Shown here in pieces: positions 20,015 to 31,257 of a DNA stretch of 64,000 bases; the stretch's first letter is position 1, and each line of letters starts with the position of its first letter. The DNA comes from Edaphobacter sp. Its GTDB lineage: Bacteria > Acidobacteriota > Terriglobia > Terriglobales > Acidobacteriaceae. Position numbers and translations under genes: made by a program. The stretch spans positions 9,908 through 73,907 of the forward strand of contig DATDHL010000638.1 in assembly GCA_036521575.1 (NCBI GenBank), written 5' to 3'. The notes under the pieces are model-generated. The model saw nothing but the letters and a program-made list of their open reading frames with translations, was not told the origin of the DNA and searched no databases.

Positions 20015-21802
20015 ATGTCGGATAACTTTGCCCAAACCGTCAAGCAGCAGGCCGATATCGTTCGCATCATCGGCGAGTATGTGAAGCTGCGCAAGACGGG
20101 CGCGCAGAATCATACCGGGCTATGTCCTTTTCACAAGGAGAAGACGGGTTCGTTTTCTGTCAACGCGACGCATGGTTACTTTTACTGTTTCGGCTGCCAT
20201 GAGAAAGGTGACGTCTTCACATTCGTGATGAAGATGGAGAACATCAGCTTTCCGGAAGCAGTGCGTGCCGTTGCAACGAAGGCTGGTATCCCGCTGCCGA
20301 AGCGTGAGTTCAGTTCGCCGGAAGAGGCACGTGAGGCTGGACTGCGGCGGCAGCTGATCGACATTCATGAAGCAGCGACACAGTATTTTGAAGCGCACCT
20401 GAAGAGTCCCGAGGCGGCGCGGGCGCGTGAGTATCTGACCGGGCGCGGCGTTACTGTGGAGACGATTGCGAAGTTTCGCATTGGCTATGCGCCAGATGAC
20501 TTCAACGATATGCGCGAACGTTTGAAGCCGCACTTCAACGAAGAAGTGATGCGTGCAAGTGGGCTCTTCAGTTCCAAGGAGCAGGCCGATGGGTCGCAGG
20601 GACAGCTCTATGCAAAGTTTCGCAAGCGCATCACCTTCCCCATTGCAAATGAGCAGGGCAAGACGATTGCGTTTACGGCAAGAGCGTTGGATGAGGTCGA
20701 CGACAAGGGGCGGGCGATTGCCAAGTACATGAACTCGCCCGAGACGGCGCTGTACTCGAAGGGACAGGTACTGTTCAACCTCGACAAGGCCAAGGCCGAT
20801 ATGCGCGCCCATGACTTTGTCCTGCTGGTTGAGGGGCAGATGGACTGCATCTCGGTATACATGGCCGGGATCAAGAACGTGCTTGCAGTCTCTGGCACCG
20901 CGTTTACGGAGATGCAGGTGCGCCAGATCAGCCGCTTCACCAAGCGCGTCGTCGTCAACTTCGATCCTGACAATGCCGGGGCAGGCGCTGCCGAGAAGGC
21001 GATCGCCCTGCTGACCGAAGAGGACTTCGAAGTGAAGGTGATCACGCTTGAGGGCGGGCTTGACCCCGACCGCTACGTTCGCGAGCACGGCATCCAGGCC
21101 TATATGGCTGCGCTGCGTACGGCAAAGCGGTACAGCGACTTCCTGATCGACAGGGCTCGCCAACAGTTTCCACCGCGCACGGCCGAGGGCAAAGTGAAGG
21201 CGATGAACTTTCTACTGCCGCATATTCGCCGCATGCCTAATCGGATCCAGCGCGACGAGTTTGCCGCCGATGCCGCGCAGAAGCTGGGGATCGACTCAGC
21301 CATCCTGCGACAGGAGCTGAAGCAGGCCGCTGCTCAGCGTGTGGAGAGTGTGCGTGCCCATATGAACGATCCCGCCAGCGAGATGGAACGCATTCTGCTG
21401 CGTGCGTTGGTTCTGCCTGAAGACGACGCTGCACGGAGACTTGCAGCCGAACGGCTCTCCGGGCATCCGGAGTGGTACGACGGCCTGACTGCCGCTTCGG
21501 TCATGGAGGCACTGGCCCACGCACCGGCCCCTTCGAATCCCCTGGACGCGGCTCCCGACCAACCCAGCCGCGCTCTGCTGGCTCTCGCGCTGCGGCACGG
21601 CGACGACGCTGCAGAGTCGCAACAACCGCTGACCGAGCAAGTGCAGCATGCGCTGGATAAGCTCGAGCTGCGCTATATGCAGCGGCGGCAGCGCGAGATT
21701 CGTGGCTTGATCGCGGAGGCCTATCGGCGCAACGACGAGGAGATGCTGCGGAAGCTGACGGCTGAGAAATTAGAGGTTGACGGCTGGCTGCGCAATCACT
21801 GA
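20015..21802 (+). CDS. dnaG: DNA primase
   Basis: CPFHKEKTGSF...CFGC zinc finger, KYMNSPET, VEGQMD, FDPD, DPD. Confidence 0.97.
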   Translation: MSDNFAQTVKQQADIVRIIGEYVKLRKTGAQNHTGLCPFHKEKTGSFSVNATHGYFYCFGCHEKGDVFTFVMKMENISFPEAVRAVATKAGIPLPKREFSSPEEAREAGLRRQLIDIHEAATQYFEAHLKSPEAARAREYLTGRGVTVETIAKFRIGYAPDDFNDMRERLKPHFNEEVMRASGLFSSKEQADGSQGQLYAKFRKRITFPIANEQGKTIAFTARALDEVDDKGRAIAKYMNSPETALYSKGQVLFNLDKAKADMRAHDFVLLVEGQMDCISVYMAGIKNVLAVSGTAFTEMQVRQISRFTKRVVVNFDPDNAGAGAAEKAIALLTEEDFEVKVITLEGGLDPDRYVREHGIQAYMAALRTAKRYSDFLIDRARQQFPPRTAEGKVKAMNFLLPHIRRMPNRIQRDEFAADAAQKLGIDSAILRQELKQAAAQRVESVRAHMNDPASEMERILLRALVLPEDDAARRLAAERLSGHPEWYDGLTAASVMEALAHAPAPSNPLDAAPDQPSRALLALALRHGDDAAESQQPLTEQVQHALDKLELRYMQRRQREIRGLIAEAYRRNDEEMLRKLTAEKLEVDGWLRNH

Positions 21803-21899
21803 TTGGTTGTATCCCTCCCCCGAAATGGTCACGTTAGAATAGTTCCGCATGCCATCTGGCCTCATAGCTCAAGACCCTGGAGATTGCTGAACCGCACCT

Positions 21900-23405
21900 A
21901 TGGCCGGATTCCAACGCATCCTGAAAAATCTAGGCGCCATGTTCACGGGCCGGCTGTTGACGATCATCCAACAGGTCATCATTCCGCCTATCTTCATTTA
22001 TCGCTATTCGACGGCGCAGTTCGGAGAGTGGGGGGTTCTGTCGGGTGCGGTGGCAGCGCTGGGGATGCTGAACTTCGGCGTGCAGACGTACATGAACCAG
22101 GATCTCGCCGTGCGCTACAACCGGGGCGAGGCCGGGGGGTACCAGGTGCGGCAATCGACGGCGCTACGTCTCCTGGGGGGCGTGGTTCTTTGCGCAATGA
22201 CTCTTTCACTCGTCGTCTTCGTACTGCCGATCGATACGATGCTGAAGCTCGATATCGGCAGGCGGGCGACGCAACTTACCGCATACCTTCTGGCCTGCCA
22301 GGTATTGCTGAATATCCTCTTTGGATACTTCACCGGAATCTACATGGGGGTCGCGCGGGCTCACCGCGGATCTTACTGGAGCAACTTCCAGGCATTTTTT
22401 TCTGCTCTTTTGCTGTTACTTTGCGTGTCGCTGCGAATGCCCTTCCCGGTGCTGGCAAGCGCGATGCTGTTGTCGATGAGCGTTTCGATTGTGTGCGTCC
22501 TCTTCGATCTGCACCGCACGGCTCCCGATCTATTCCCTAACATCCGATACTGGGACCGGAGCGCGGTCAAGGAGATCCTGAAACCCAGCGGCTACTTCGG
22601 CCTGATCGCGGTCTCCACCTTTCTGACCTACCAAGCACCGCTGATCGTGTTGCAGCGCGTGCTGGGGCCGGTAGCCGTTGCCGGCTTCATTGTCATGCGG
22701 CTCGTCTTCTCTATGTGCCGACAGATGCTGTCGATCTTCACGCAGTCAATGGGTGCCGAGATCACCCACTTGTTCGGCCGCGAGGACTGGCCGGCGCTTT
22801 CGCGACTCTATGACTACTCTGAGCGGTTCGTCTTCTTTTTGATCCCGCTCGTCAACACGGGCGTCCTGCTGCTGTCGCCCATCCTGATCACGGTCTGGAT
22901 GCACAAGCGCGCTGAACTCTTCTCGCCATACCCGTACGTTCTGAGCGCGGCTATCTCGATGGTCATCAGCCTGAAGGAGCACAAATTCCAGTTCCAGTAT
23001 TCGACCAACACGCACGAGTCGCTGGCCCGGACGATGTTCTCCACCTATGCAATCATGGTGATGCTGTCAGTCGGCATGGTTCACTTCGCCGGAGTCGCAG
23101 GGTTTCTCTGGACGTGGCTGGCAGTGGAGACGTTTCAGGTGGCGCGGATCATCAGGCTCAATACAGAGCTCTTTGCCTATGACACCTTGGAGTTCACCTA
23201 TTTGCGCCGTCTGTTGGGATTCTGCCTGGCATCATTGGTTATCTCGCTGGGGCTTCTGCAGCGGACGTCGACATACCCGCTGCTTTGGCAACTGGGCATC
23301 GCGACGACCGTGGGCGTGATCGTTGCAGGTATTTCCTGGCCGCTGTTTGGGGTGGGCGACGTGGTGAAGAAGATGTCCGGGCAGTTATTTCGGAAGTTTG
23401 CGTAA
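21900..23405 (+). CDS. Polysaccharide flippase-like (Wzx/MOP family) membrane protein
   Basis: About 12-14 hydrophobic segments; N-terminal pattern RILKNLGA...QFGEWGVL...LNFGV. Confidence 0.7.
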   Translation: MAGFQRILKNLGAMFTGRLLTIIQQVIIPPIFIYRYSTAQFGEWGVLSGAVAALGMLNFGVQTYMNQDLAVRYNRGEAGGYQVRQSTALRLLGGVVLCAMTLSLVVFVLPIDTMLKLDIGRRATQLTAYLLACQVLLNILFGYFTGIYMGVARAHRGSYWSNFQAFFSALLLLLCVSLRMPFPVLASAMLLSMSVSIVCVLFDLHRTAPDLFPNIRYWDRSAVKEILKPSGYFGLIAVSTFLTYQAPLIVLQRVLGPVAVAGFIVMRLVFSMCRQMLSIFTQSMGAEITHLFGREDWPALSRLYDYSERFVFFLIPLVNTGVLLLSPILITVWMHKRAELFSPYPYVLSAAISMVISLKEHKFQFQYSTNTHESLARTMFSTYAIMVMLSVGMVHFAGVAGFLWTWLAVETFQVARIIRLNTELFAYDTLEFTYLRRLLGFCLASLVISLGLLQRTSTYPLLWQLGIATTVGVIVAGISWPLFGVGDVVKKMSGQLFRKFA

Positions 23406-23421
23406 AGCTCCCTCCCATGAC

Positions 23422-23441
23422 GTTATAACGATTGTTATAAT
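23422..23441 (+). promoter_or_regulatory. Toxin-antitoxin operator/promoter palindrome TTATAAC-GATT-GTTATAA (contains TATAAT)
   Basis: Perfect 7-4-7 inverted repeat about 20 bp upstream of the antitoxin ATG. Confidence 0.7.
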
Positions 23442-23461
23442 TTTCTTCGTAGGAGAGTCTT

Positions 23462-23689
23462 ATGGCAACTGCAGCCAAAATCATCAGCATTGGAAATTCG
23501 GTAGGGGTTATTTTGCCCAAAGAGATTTTGAACCGGCTTCATGTCGAGAAGGGGGACACGGTCTACTTCACAGAGGCTCCCGATGGAATTCGTCTGTCCC
23601 CTTATAACGCCTCATTTGGCGAGAAGCTCGACGCGTTTGAACATGTAGTGCGCGAAAACCGCGACGTTCTGAAGAAACTGGCGGAATAA
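23462..23689 (+). CDS. AbrB/MazE-type antitoxin
   Basis: KIISIGNSVGVILPKEIL swapped-hairpin motif; C-terminal RDVLKKLAE. Confidence 0.9.
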   Translation: MATAAKIISIGNSVGVILPKEILNRLHVEKGDTVYFTEAPDGIRLSPYNASFGEKLDAFEHVVRENRDVLKKLAE

Positions 23690-24084
23690 TGGACGAGCCG
23701 ATCTGGCTTGATAAGCCAGAGGTTCTCGTCGTTCATTCAAGGCAATTGGCGGAGCACGGTGGCTCGGATGGTCTTCGTGATGAGACCCTCCTCGATTCGG
23801 CGCTATCCAAGCCGCGTAACGTCTTTGCTTATACCGACGATGCGACGCTTCCGCGACTAGCCGCCTCGTACGCTTTCGGACTCGCTCGAAATCACGCCTT
23901 TATAGATGGGAATAAACGTACTGCGCTAGTCATCTCAGAAGGCTTTCTGCGCCTGAACAGGCTGAGGGTGGTTTCGACTCCCGAAGATAAGTACTTCACT
24001 TTTCTGCACTTGGCGGACAGCTCTCTTAGCGAAGAGGAGCTGGCCGCCTGGTTCACCCAACACACCGTTCCCTTGAAAAAATGA
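23689..24084 (+). CDS. doc: Death-on-curing (Doc, Fic family) toxin
   Basis: HAFIDGNKRTA Doc-type motif; start overlaps the antitoxin stop. Confidence 0.9.
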   Translation: MDEPIWLDKPEVLVVHSRQLAEHGGSDGLRDETLLDSALSKPRNVFAYTDDATLPRLAASYAFGLARNHAFIDGNKRTALVISEGFLRLNRLRVVSTPEDKYFTFLHLADSSLSEEELAAWFTQHTVPLKK

Positions 24085-24326
24085 CCCGTTTTCAGACTAC
24101 AGATCCCGGATATAAGAACAAACATGGCCAAATCGTCATCGCCAGGACAGGTTTTCCCTCGGAATCCTTCCCCGGGCAGACGATTTATCACATGCGATGC
24201 GGCCATTGCAGCCACGATTACGGCTCCGCAGGCAAGGATATTCACCTGCGGCGCTGTCCCCGACACCAAAATGGCGTCAAGGGAGAACCCTTGCGTACAC
24301 CGCCACCGAACCTTTTTTCCACGTAA
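24081..24326 (+). CDS. Small putative zinc-ribbon protein
   Basis: CGHC...CPRH; ATGA overlap with the doc stop codon. Confidence 0.7.
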   Translation: MTRFQTTDPGYKNKHGQIVIARTGFPSESFPGQTIYHMRCGHCSHDYGSAGKDIHLRRCPRHQNGVKGEPLRTPPPNLFST

Positions 24327-24544
24327 AGCGTCTAAAGTAATGTGGTATGCTGTGATTCGCTGGGGGAGTGTGCCCTTGAATGCCCTGACCTCCTTGAAGG
24401 TCATACGGCTGGCCAAAGCGGTCTAAACCGCCATCTGCTCCCTGCCATTTACGCAACAACCAAGGGATCACTCCGCCTGGGTATCGGTTACTGTGCCTGG
24501 CGGCATCCCAATCATAAGAATCTTTCGCAGGAGTGCGCACAGCC

Positions 24545-26257
<1,713 letters not shown>

Positions 26258-26277
26258 TCCGCGCACTCTTAAACTCG

Positions 26278-26304
26278 AAAGCCCTCGCGTTGGCGGGGGC
26301 TTTT
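26278..26304. terminator. Bidirectional intrinsic terminator after rpoD
   Basis: AAAGCCCTCGC / GCGGGGGCTTTT. Confidence 0.75.
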
Positions 26305-26331
26305 GATTTTAACCAACAATAGATGTTTGTG

Positions 26332-26541
26332 TTACGCCTGCGCCGCCGCATGAAAGCCATCGCACCCACTGATTGGCGTCACTTTCAAGTGCAGCGAAGC
26401 GTGTTTCGGATGGCCGCAATCATCCAGCATGTTCAACGGCGCTTTATGGCTTGTGAGGATCGTCACCAGCGCCGAGTTCTTCGCATGGTTCTCCCCGAAA
26501 TGCGTACAGAGCCCGCACTGCCCAGCGTGTACCGATTGCAT
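26332..26541 (-). CDS. 69-aa four-Cys microprotein, putatively metal- or Fe-S-binding
   Basis: AGGAGG RBS; CGLCTHF...DCGH...SGCDGF. Confidence 0.75.
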   Translation of the reverse strand: MQSVHAGQCGLCTHFGENHAKNSALVTILTSHKAPLNMLDDCGHPKHASLHLKVTPISGCDGFHAAAQA

Positions 26542-26741
26542 AGACGACCTCCTGTTTTCTTACTCAGACGTGACGATCGCGATACGTCGTTGCCTCGACG
26601 CCGCGATTAAACAAAAACTTTACGGCGACTTCGGTTCAGCTGTAAAGTGCGATCAACCCTGTCTTAGATCGCCCTCTCAGCCATCCGGGAACCTTGTGGG
26701 CTAACGCCACGTATCTTCTGCAAGATCGGAGACACCAACCC

Positions 26742-27185
26742 ATGTACTTCGCCGACCCTGTCCCCACCGCCAACATGACCGACCACCAACGCGCCTGGTT
26801 TTACGCTGAGTTCGCGCACGCTCGCCGCGACGAGGTGATCGGTGTCCTGCTCGCTATCTTTCTCGGCAACTTCGGCGTCCACCAGTTCTATCTGCGCCGA
26901 ACCGGACTAGGCATCCTTTATCTCTGCTTCTTCTGGACGGGCATCTCCGCCATCCTTGGCTTTATCGACGCATTCTTTATGCCGGGCCGAGTCCGCCGTT
27001 ACAACGTGGAACAAGCCGCCTATATCGCCAACCAGATCCTCGCGGCCCCCGCGCAATCCACCCCAGAATCATTTACATCGATATCGACGGCACCGCACTG
27101 CCGGGCATGTGGCGGCCCCATCGAATCCGCAGCTACTTTCTGCCCTCATTGCGGGGCGGCCGCGGCCAATCAGCCCGCCGTTTAG
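26742..27185 (+). CDS. TM2/NINE domain protein with C-terminal zinc ribbon
   Basis: LLAIFLGNFGVHQFYL...GILYLCFFWTG; CRACG...FCPHCG. Confidence 0.88.
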   Translation: MYFADPVPTANMTDHQRAWFYAEFAHARRDEVIGVLLAIFLGNFGVHQFYLRRTGLGILYLCFFWTGISAILGFIDAFFMPGRVRRYNVEQAAYIANQILAAPAQSTPESFTSISTAPHCRACGGPIESAATFCPHCGAAAANQPAV

Positions 27186-27186
27186 C

Positions 27187-29505
27187 TTATTGCCACGCGA
27201 CGGCGCTCTCCCTCAGATGGTCGAACTCCACGAAATCTCCGTTCGGCCCGGTCTGTACCTTCACCGGTGAACCATCCACAGTCACGTTATTTACCTTGCC
27301 GAACCGCCAACGCAGAATGATGTGCGCCGCAGAGTCTCCGCTGATCTTCAGTGAGTTCACGCCCCGCGACAGCTTGCGCCCTTCGAAGTCCGTGAAGTTT
27401 GCCTCCGCAGCGCCTGCGCCGCCAATCAGCTCATACACGCGGCGCTCGTCCAACGACTTCACGTTGCTGTTCCCGCTCTCACTCTGCGGAACCAGCGTCA
27501 TCACATCTTCCGGAATCTTCGGGATGACTGCTCCTGCGCGAACGTACAGTGGCAGCACGTCGACCGGCGCGTCGACCGGCAGCGATCTACCTCCGGTGAT
27601 GCGCGCGCCCGTCCAGTAATCCACCCAATCACCCTCCGGCAGATAGACGATGCGGAGAGTGTTTTCATCGACTACCGGGGCCACGAGAAAATCCGGCCCG
27701 AACATGTACTCGTCCTTAGCCATGCGCGCGCGATCATCGTTCTGATTCGTCAGCACCAGAGCCCGCATGATGGGCATACCAGTCTTCGCTGCTTCCTGGG
27801 CCGCAGCATAGCGATAAGGAAACAGGCTCATGTGCAGCGTTACATACTTGCGATACACATCGAGCGCCCGTGTCCCGCCGGTCTTCTCGTCCCAGTTCCA
27901 CGGCTGTTGGTTCGTCTGCGACAGTATCTCCATCGTCGGCGAAAACGCCGAGTACTCCGTCCATCGCATCTGCACCAGCGGGTCCTGCGTGTCGGCCACC
28001 TTCAGATATCCGCCCAGATCAGCCGTCCACAACGGCAGCCCGCTCATGCCCGCGTTAAGTCCCGATGTCACAGCGGTCGGCAATCCGTTCTCGGGGCTGA
28101 AGCTCGACTCGTTATCTCCGCCCCACAGAAAACCGATGCCGTTTGCGCCAGCATGTCCATCCGTCGTCACGCTGCGGGCGAATAACACGCCGTTACCCTT
28201 TAGGTCCTTCTGGATCAGCTCCTCCATCGCGTTGTTGTAGAGCACCGCGTAGCGATTTCGCATCAGCCGCTTGTCGGTCCCGTCGGCGAACTTCACCTCG
28301 CCCTGGAAGCTTCCCTCGGCGTCATCATCCTTGAAGCCGTCGGCTCCTGCGGCGATCGCCTGCCGCACCTGATCCTGCCACCAGCGCTTCGCCGAAGGAT
28401 TCGTGAAGTCGATCATCGACCCCGTCCCCTTCCACCAACGCCCCACATACGGCTTGCCATCGGGAGTCTTCACAAAAAATCCGTTGCCCGCCGCCTCATC
28501 GTAGTTCTCCGCATGCGGATCCATCTTGTCCGCGAAGCCTGCCTCATACGGTGGATTCGACTGCGAGTTGATCCACGATGTATGCCACAGCACCAGCTTG
28601 TAGCCCGCTCCGTGCAGATGTTTCACCATCGCTGCAGCGTCGTCGAACTGCTTCGGATTGAATTTGTAACTGTTATAGGACGTTGTCCAGGGCGAGTCGA
28701 TCAGGATCACGCTCGCCGGCAATCCAAGCGCTCGGGTCTTGTCGACATCCTCCAATACCTGTGCCTGATTCTGGTGATAGTCGCGTCCCATCCACGGCGC
28801 GAAGGCCCAGTACGGCGGCAGAATTGCCCGTCCAGCCTGTGCGGTAAAGCGTTCAAGAATCTTCGGGAACTCCGGCCCCGTGAACAGCACCAGCCGCAGC
28901 TTCTGCGCGGGAACATCCACGATCACATCCGACACGCTTGTAGCATTCATATCGAAGGCTGCTTCGGAGGTTGTATCCAGCCAAAGCCCGTAGCCCGTCG
29001 TACTCATGAAGAACGGGATCGGCTGATAGGTTGACGATCCCTTGGCGCTGCCGTTGTCTTGCGAGGAGTTCATCACGATGGTGTGCGCATGGTTCAGCGT
29101 ATTGAAGCGCTCGCCCAGCCCATAGTAGTTCCCAGCATCGCGCACGCGAAACCGCCAGTCCCCTACTGAATACGCAACGCTCGTGATCTCAACCACCCCC
29201 CGCGCGAGCTGCTTGAAGTGCAGCTTGTCGGTCATCACCGGGTTGCCTTCAAACTCAAAGTCATTCAACAGCAGGTCAGGCCCGGCATCGACGCCACGCC
29301 CCCCATGCTTGCCCGGCAGCGTCAACGCAACGGTATAGGGATCCTTCCGGACCAGCCCATCAATCGGAGCCTCCGCAGCCCTGCCCGCCGGAGCGGTCTG
29401 CGCAGTCGCTCCGCTCGCCGGAGCAACATCCTGCGCCAACACCATACCGGCGTGGCTCGCTAACAACACCGCAGACAGCACTCCCATTACCCGCATCGTA
29501 AACAT
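27187..29505 (-). CDS. Glycoside hydrolase family 31 (alpha-glucosidase/xylosidase-like)
   Basis: YYGLGERF, ILIDSPW, DGFKDDDAE, WGGD, WTADLGGY, PIMRAL, VYLPEGDW. Confidence 0.92.
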   Translation of the reverse strand: MFTMRVMGVLSAVLLASHAGMVLAQDVAPASGATAQTAPAGRAAEAPIDGLVRKDPYTVALTLPGKHGGRGVDAGPDLLLNDFEFEGNPVMTDKLHFKQLARGVVEITSVAYSVGDWRFRVRDAGNYYGLGERFNTLNHAHTIVMNSSQDNGSAKGSSTYQPIPFFMSTTGYGLWLDTTSEAAFDMNATSVSDVIVDVPAQKLRLVLFTGPEFPKILERFTAQAGRAILPPYWAFAPWMGRDYHQNQAQVLEDVDKTRALGLPASVILIDSPWTTSYNSYKFNPKQFDDAAAMVKHLHGAGYKLVLWHTSWINSQSNPPYEAGFADKMDPHAENYDEAAGNGFFVKTPDGKPYVGRWWKGTGSMIDFTNPSAKRWWQDQVRQAIAAGADGFKDDDAEGSFQGEVKFADGTDKRLMRNRYAVLYNNAMEELIQKDLKGNGVLFARSVTTDGHAGANGIGFLWGGDNESSFSPENGLPTAVTSGLNAGMSGLPLWTADLGGYLKVADTQDPLVQMRWTEYSAFSPTMEILSQTNQQPWNWDEKTGGTRALDVYRKYVTLHMSLFPYRYAAAQEAAKTGMPIMRALVLTNQNDDRARMAKDEYMFGPDFLVAPVVDENTLRIVYLPEGDWVDYWTGARITGGRSLPVDAPVDVLPLYVRAGAVIPKIPEDVMTLVPQSESGNSNVKSLDERRVYELIGGAGAAEANFTDFEGRKLSRGVNSLKISGDSAAHIILRWRFGKVNNVTVDGSPVKVQTGPNGDFVEFDHLRESAVAWQ

Positions 29506-29550
29506 CTCTCCGTACACTCCATCATCCAGTAAAGCCAGCAAAGACCAAAG

Positions 29551-29582
29551 AAAAAGGGCCCGCGTCTGGGACCCTTCTCTTT
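29551..29582 (-). terminator. Probable intrinsic terminator
   Basis: AAAAAGGG-CCC...GGG-A-CCCTT imperfect hairpin downstream of gene 29635-29967. Confidence 0.45.
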
Positions 29583-29634
29583 ACTTTCCCTTGTAACAGC
29601 AATTTTGGCAAACGCCGTAGTGGAATCTCTCCGA

Positions 29635-29967
29635 CTAGACGCCCGAGTTGCTGTGCTTGATTGCTGCCTCGTACCCTGCGGTAAAGCCGGAACGATACTC
29701 GTCGCGAACCGCGCCCTTCACTGGCGGGTGCAGGTACAGATGCGACGACTTGGCGTCGATCTTGCGCTTGGCTGCCCGATCCAGTTGCGCTGCTTCGACA
29801 CCATCGCGATAGCCCTGCTGGGCCTGCTCTGTGCCTTGCGGCGGAGTATTCCATTCCTGCGTCTGTGCGGGGGAGGTTTGGTTCTGGGCGTGCGCGAAAA
29901 TCGGAGCGCCGCTCATAAGAGCCACTGCCATCAGTGGCGTTGCAATGCGAATTAGCTTTTTCATCAT
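29635..29967 (-). CDS. Small secreted hypothetical protein
   Basis: Signal peptide ending AHA; GYRDG and YRSGFTAGY motifs; GAGG RBS. Confidence 0.8.
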   Translation of the reverse strand: MMKKLIRIATPLMAVALMSGAPIFAHAQNQTSPAQTQEWNTPPQGTEQAQQGYRDGVEAAQLDRAAKRKIDAKSSHLYLHPPVKGAVRDEYRSGFTAGYEAAIKHSNSGV

Positions 29968-30192
29968 TTCCTCATTGCCTACAGGCCGAAGTTCACCTTA
30001 AGGCCGACAGGGACACTAACATAGCCGCATAATCACTAGCAAATCGACAAAAGTGGGATGGACAACTTCAGTAACTGCAGGCTGTTGAGCGCACCCAAAC
30101 CGTGAATCAAAGGCAAATCCGCATTCGTCCAACGTGAAAGCCGCGTGAATCCTGCCCACGCGGCCTCAATTGTTCTTGCAATAAACACAAAA

Positions 30193-31158
30193 TTACATAT
30201 TCGTATGGCCGCCGCGCATCTCCTCGTTGAAGGACGGCTTGATGAACGCCAGTTGCGCTGCAACCTCGGCCTCATACTTGTCGCGATGCCCCATCAGGGC
30301 CTCGGTCGGCGTGGCATACTCCGTATCCGCCGCCAGCAGCAGCACACCCTCGCGAGCCAGCGAAACCGCCGACTTCTGCAGCTCCTCAACCGTCGTGTTC
30401 AGGTACTGCGCATCCCGGGGATCCAGCAGCCACACCGGCTGTCCGCCGCCCAGCACGCCCGATAGCCAGAAGGCCTTCGCCGCCAGAAACTCCTGCCGCT
30501 GCGCCTCCGAGGTGTCGTTGAAGTTGAACCGCTTCTTCCAAGGGCTGTAGTAGCGCGTTGTTACCGGAACCGGCTGGCGGTTGCCGCTCTTGACCAGCTC
30601 CAGCTGCCCCTGGTCCATCGTCTTGCGCACCGCGTTGTAGATAAAGCCCTCGGCGAACGGCTGTTCGGGAGCCTTCACGATCTCGGCAAACGTCACCGTC
30701 ATCGACGCGGCGACCTTCGCATGCAGTAGGCTCTCCGTCCCATCCTCAAGCCGTACCTCACCATGTACCAGGTACGTATCCGCACCCGAGGTCGACAGGT
30801 GGAACGGCCACTCGAACTTGCCGAAGCTCAGGGGGAATCCATGCAGCGTCAGATAGCAATCGGGCCGTGGATTCCTCAGCCGCTTGGCGGTCTCCGAAAG
30901 ATACCCGCCCACCTCCTCCCGCAGATCAGCCCGGCTGAAATCGAACTTATCGCTTAGCTCCAGCACCTGCGTCTTCGACGTATCGCCGGCCAGTGCCAGC
31001 ATGAACCGCGTCGTCGGGTTGCCGGAGAAGTCCTTACCCACTTGGCTCGAAACCACCACCAGCCCCGCCGCCTTAGCCGCCGCCTCTACCTGACCTGCCA
31101 ATACCGCCTTCGATTCAATGCTCATTCCGCTCGTTTCGTCCTTTGCGCCAGGCGCCAT
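30193..31158 (-). CDS. Hypothetical protein (alternative start 31125)
   Basis: 321-aa ORF with host-like codon bias; no recognised domain. Confidence 0.8.
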   Translation of the reverse strand: MAPGAKDETSGMSIESKAVLAGQVEAAAKAAGLVVVSSQVGKDFSGNPTTRFMLALAGDTSKTQVLELSDKFDFSRADLREEVGGYLSETAKRLRNPRPDCYLTLHGFPLSFGKFEWPFHLSTSGADTYLVHGEVRLEDGTESLLHAKVAASMTVTFAEIVKAPEQPFAEGFIYNAVRKTMDQGQLELVKSGNRQPVPVTTRYYSPWKKRFNFNDTSEAQRQEFLAAKAFWLSGVLGGGQPVWLLDPRDAQYLNTTVEELQKSAVSLAREGVLLLAADTEYATPTEALMGHRDKYEAEVAAQLAFIKPSFNEEMRGGHTNM

Positions 31159-31257
31159 TCAGATTTTTCGCAATCTCCTCTATTTTACGGCTCCAAGCGC
31201 CCCAAAACGGCTGTGCTCGGCCAAATCTCGCGTAAACTCACCCACTGGAGAACACCC

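Noticed and set aside
23418-23445. ATAA-N6-TTAT core as the chromosomal dif site near the skew switch
   Set aside because: The outer arms match XerC/XerD consensus poorly, and the position just before an AbrB antitoxin fits a TA operator better
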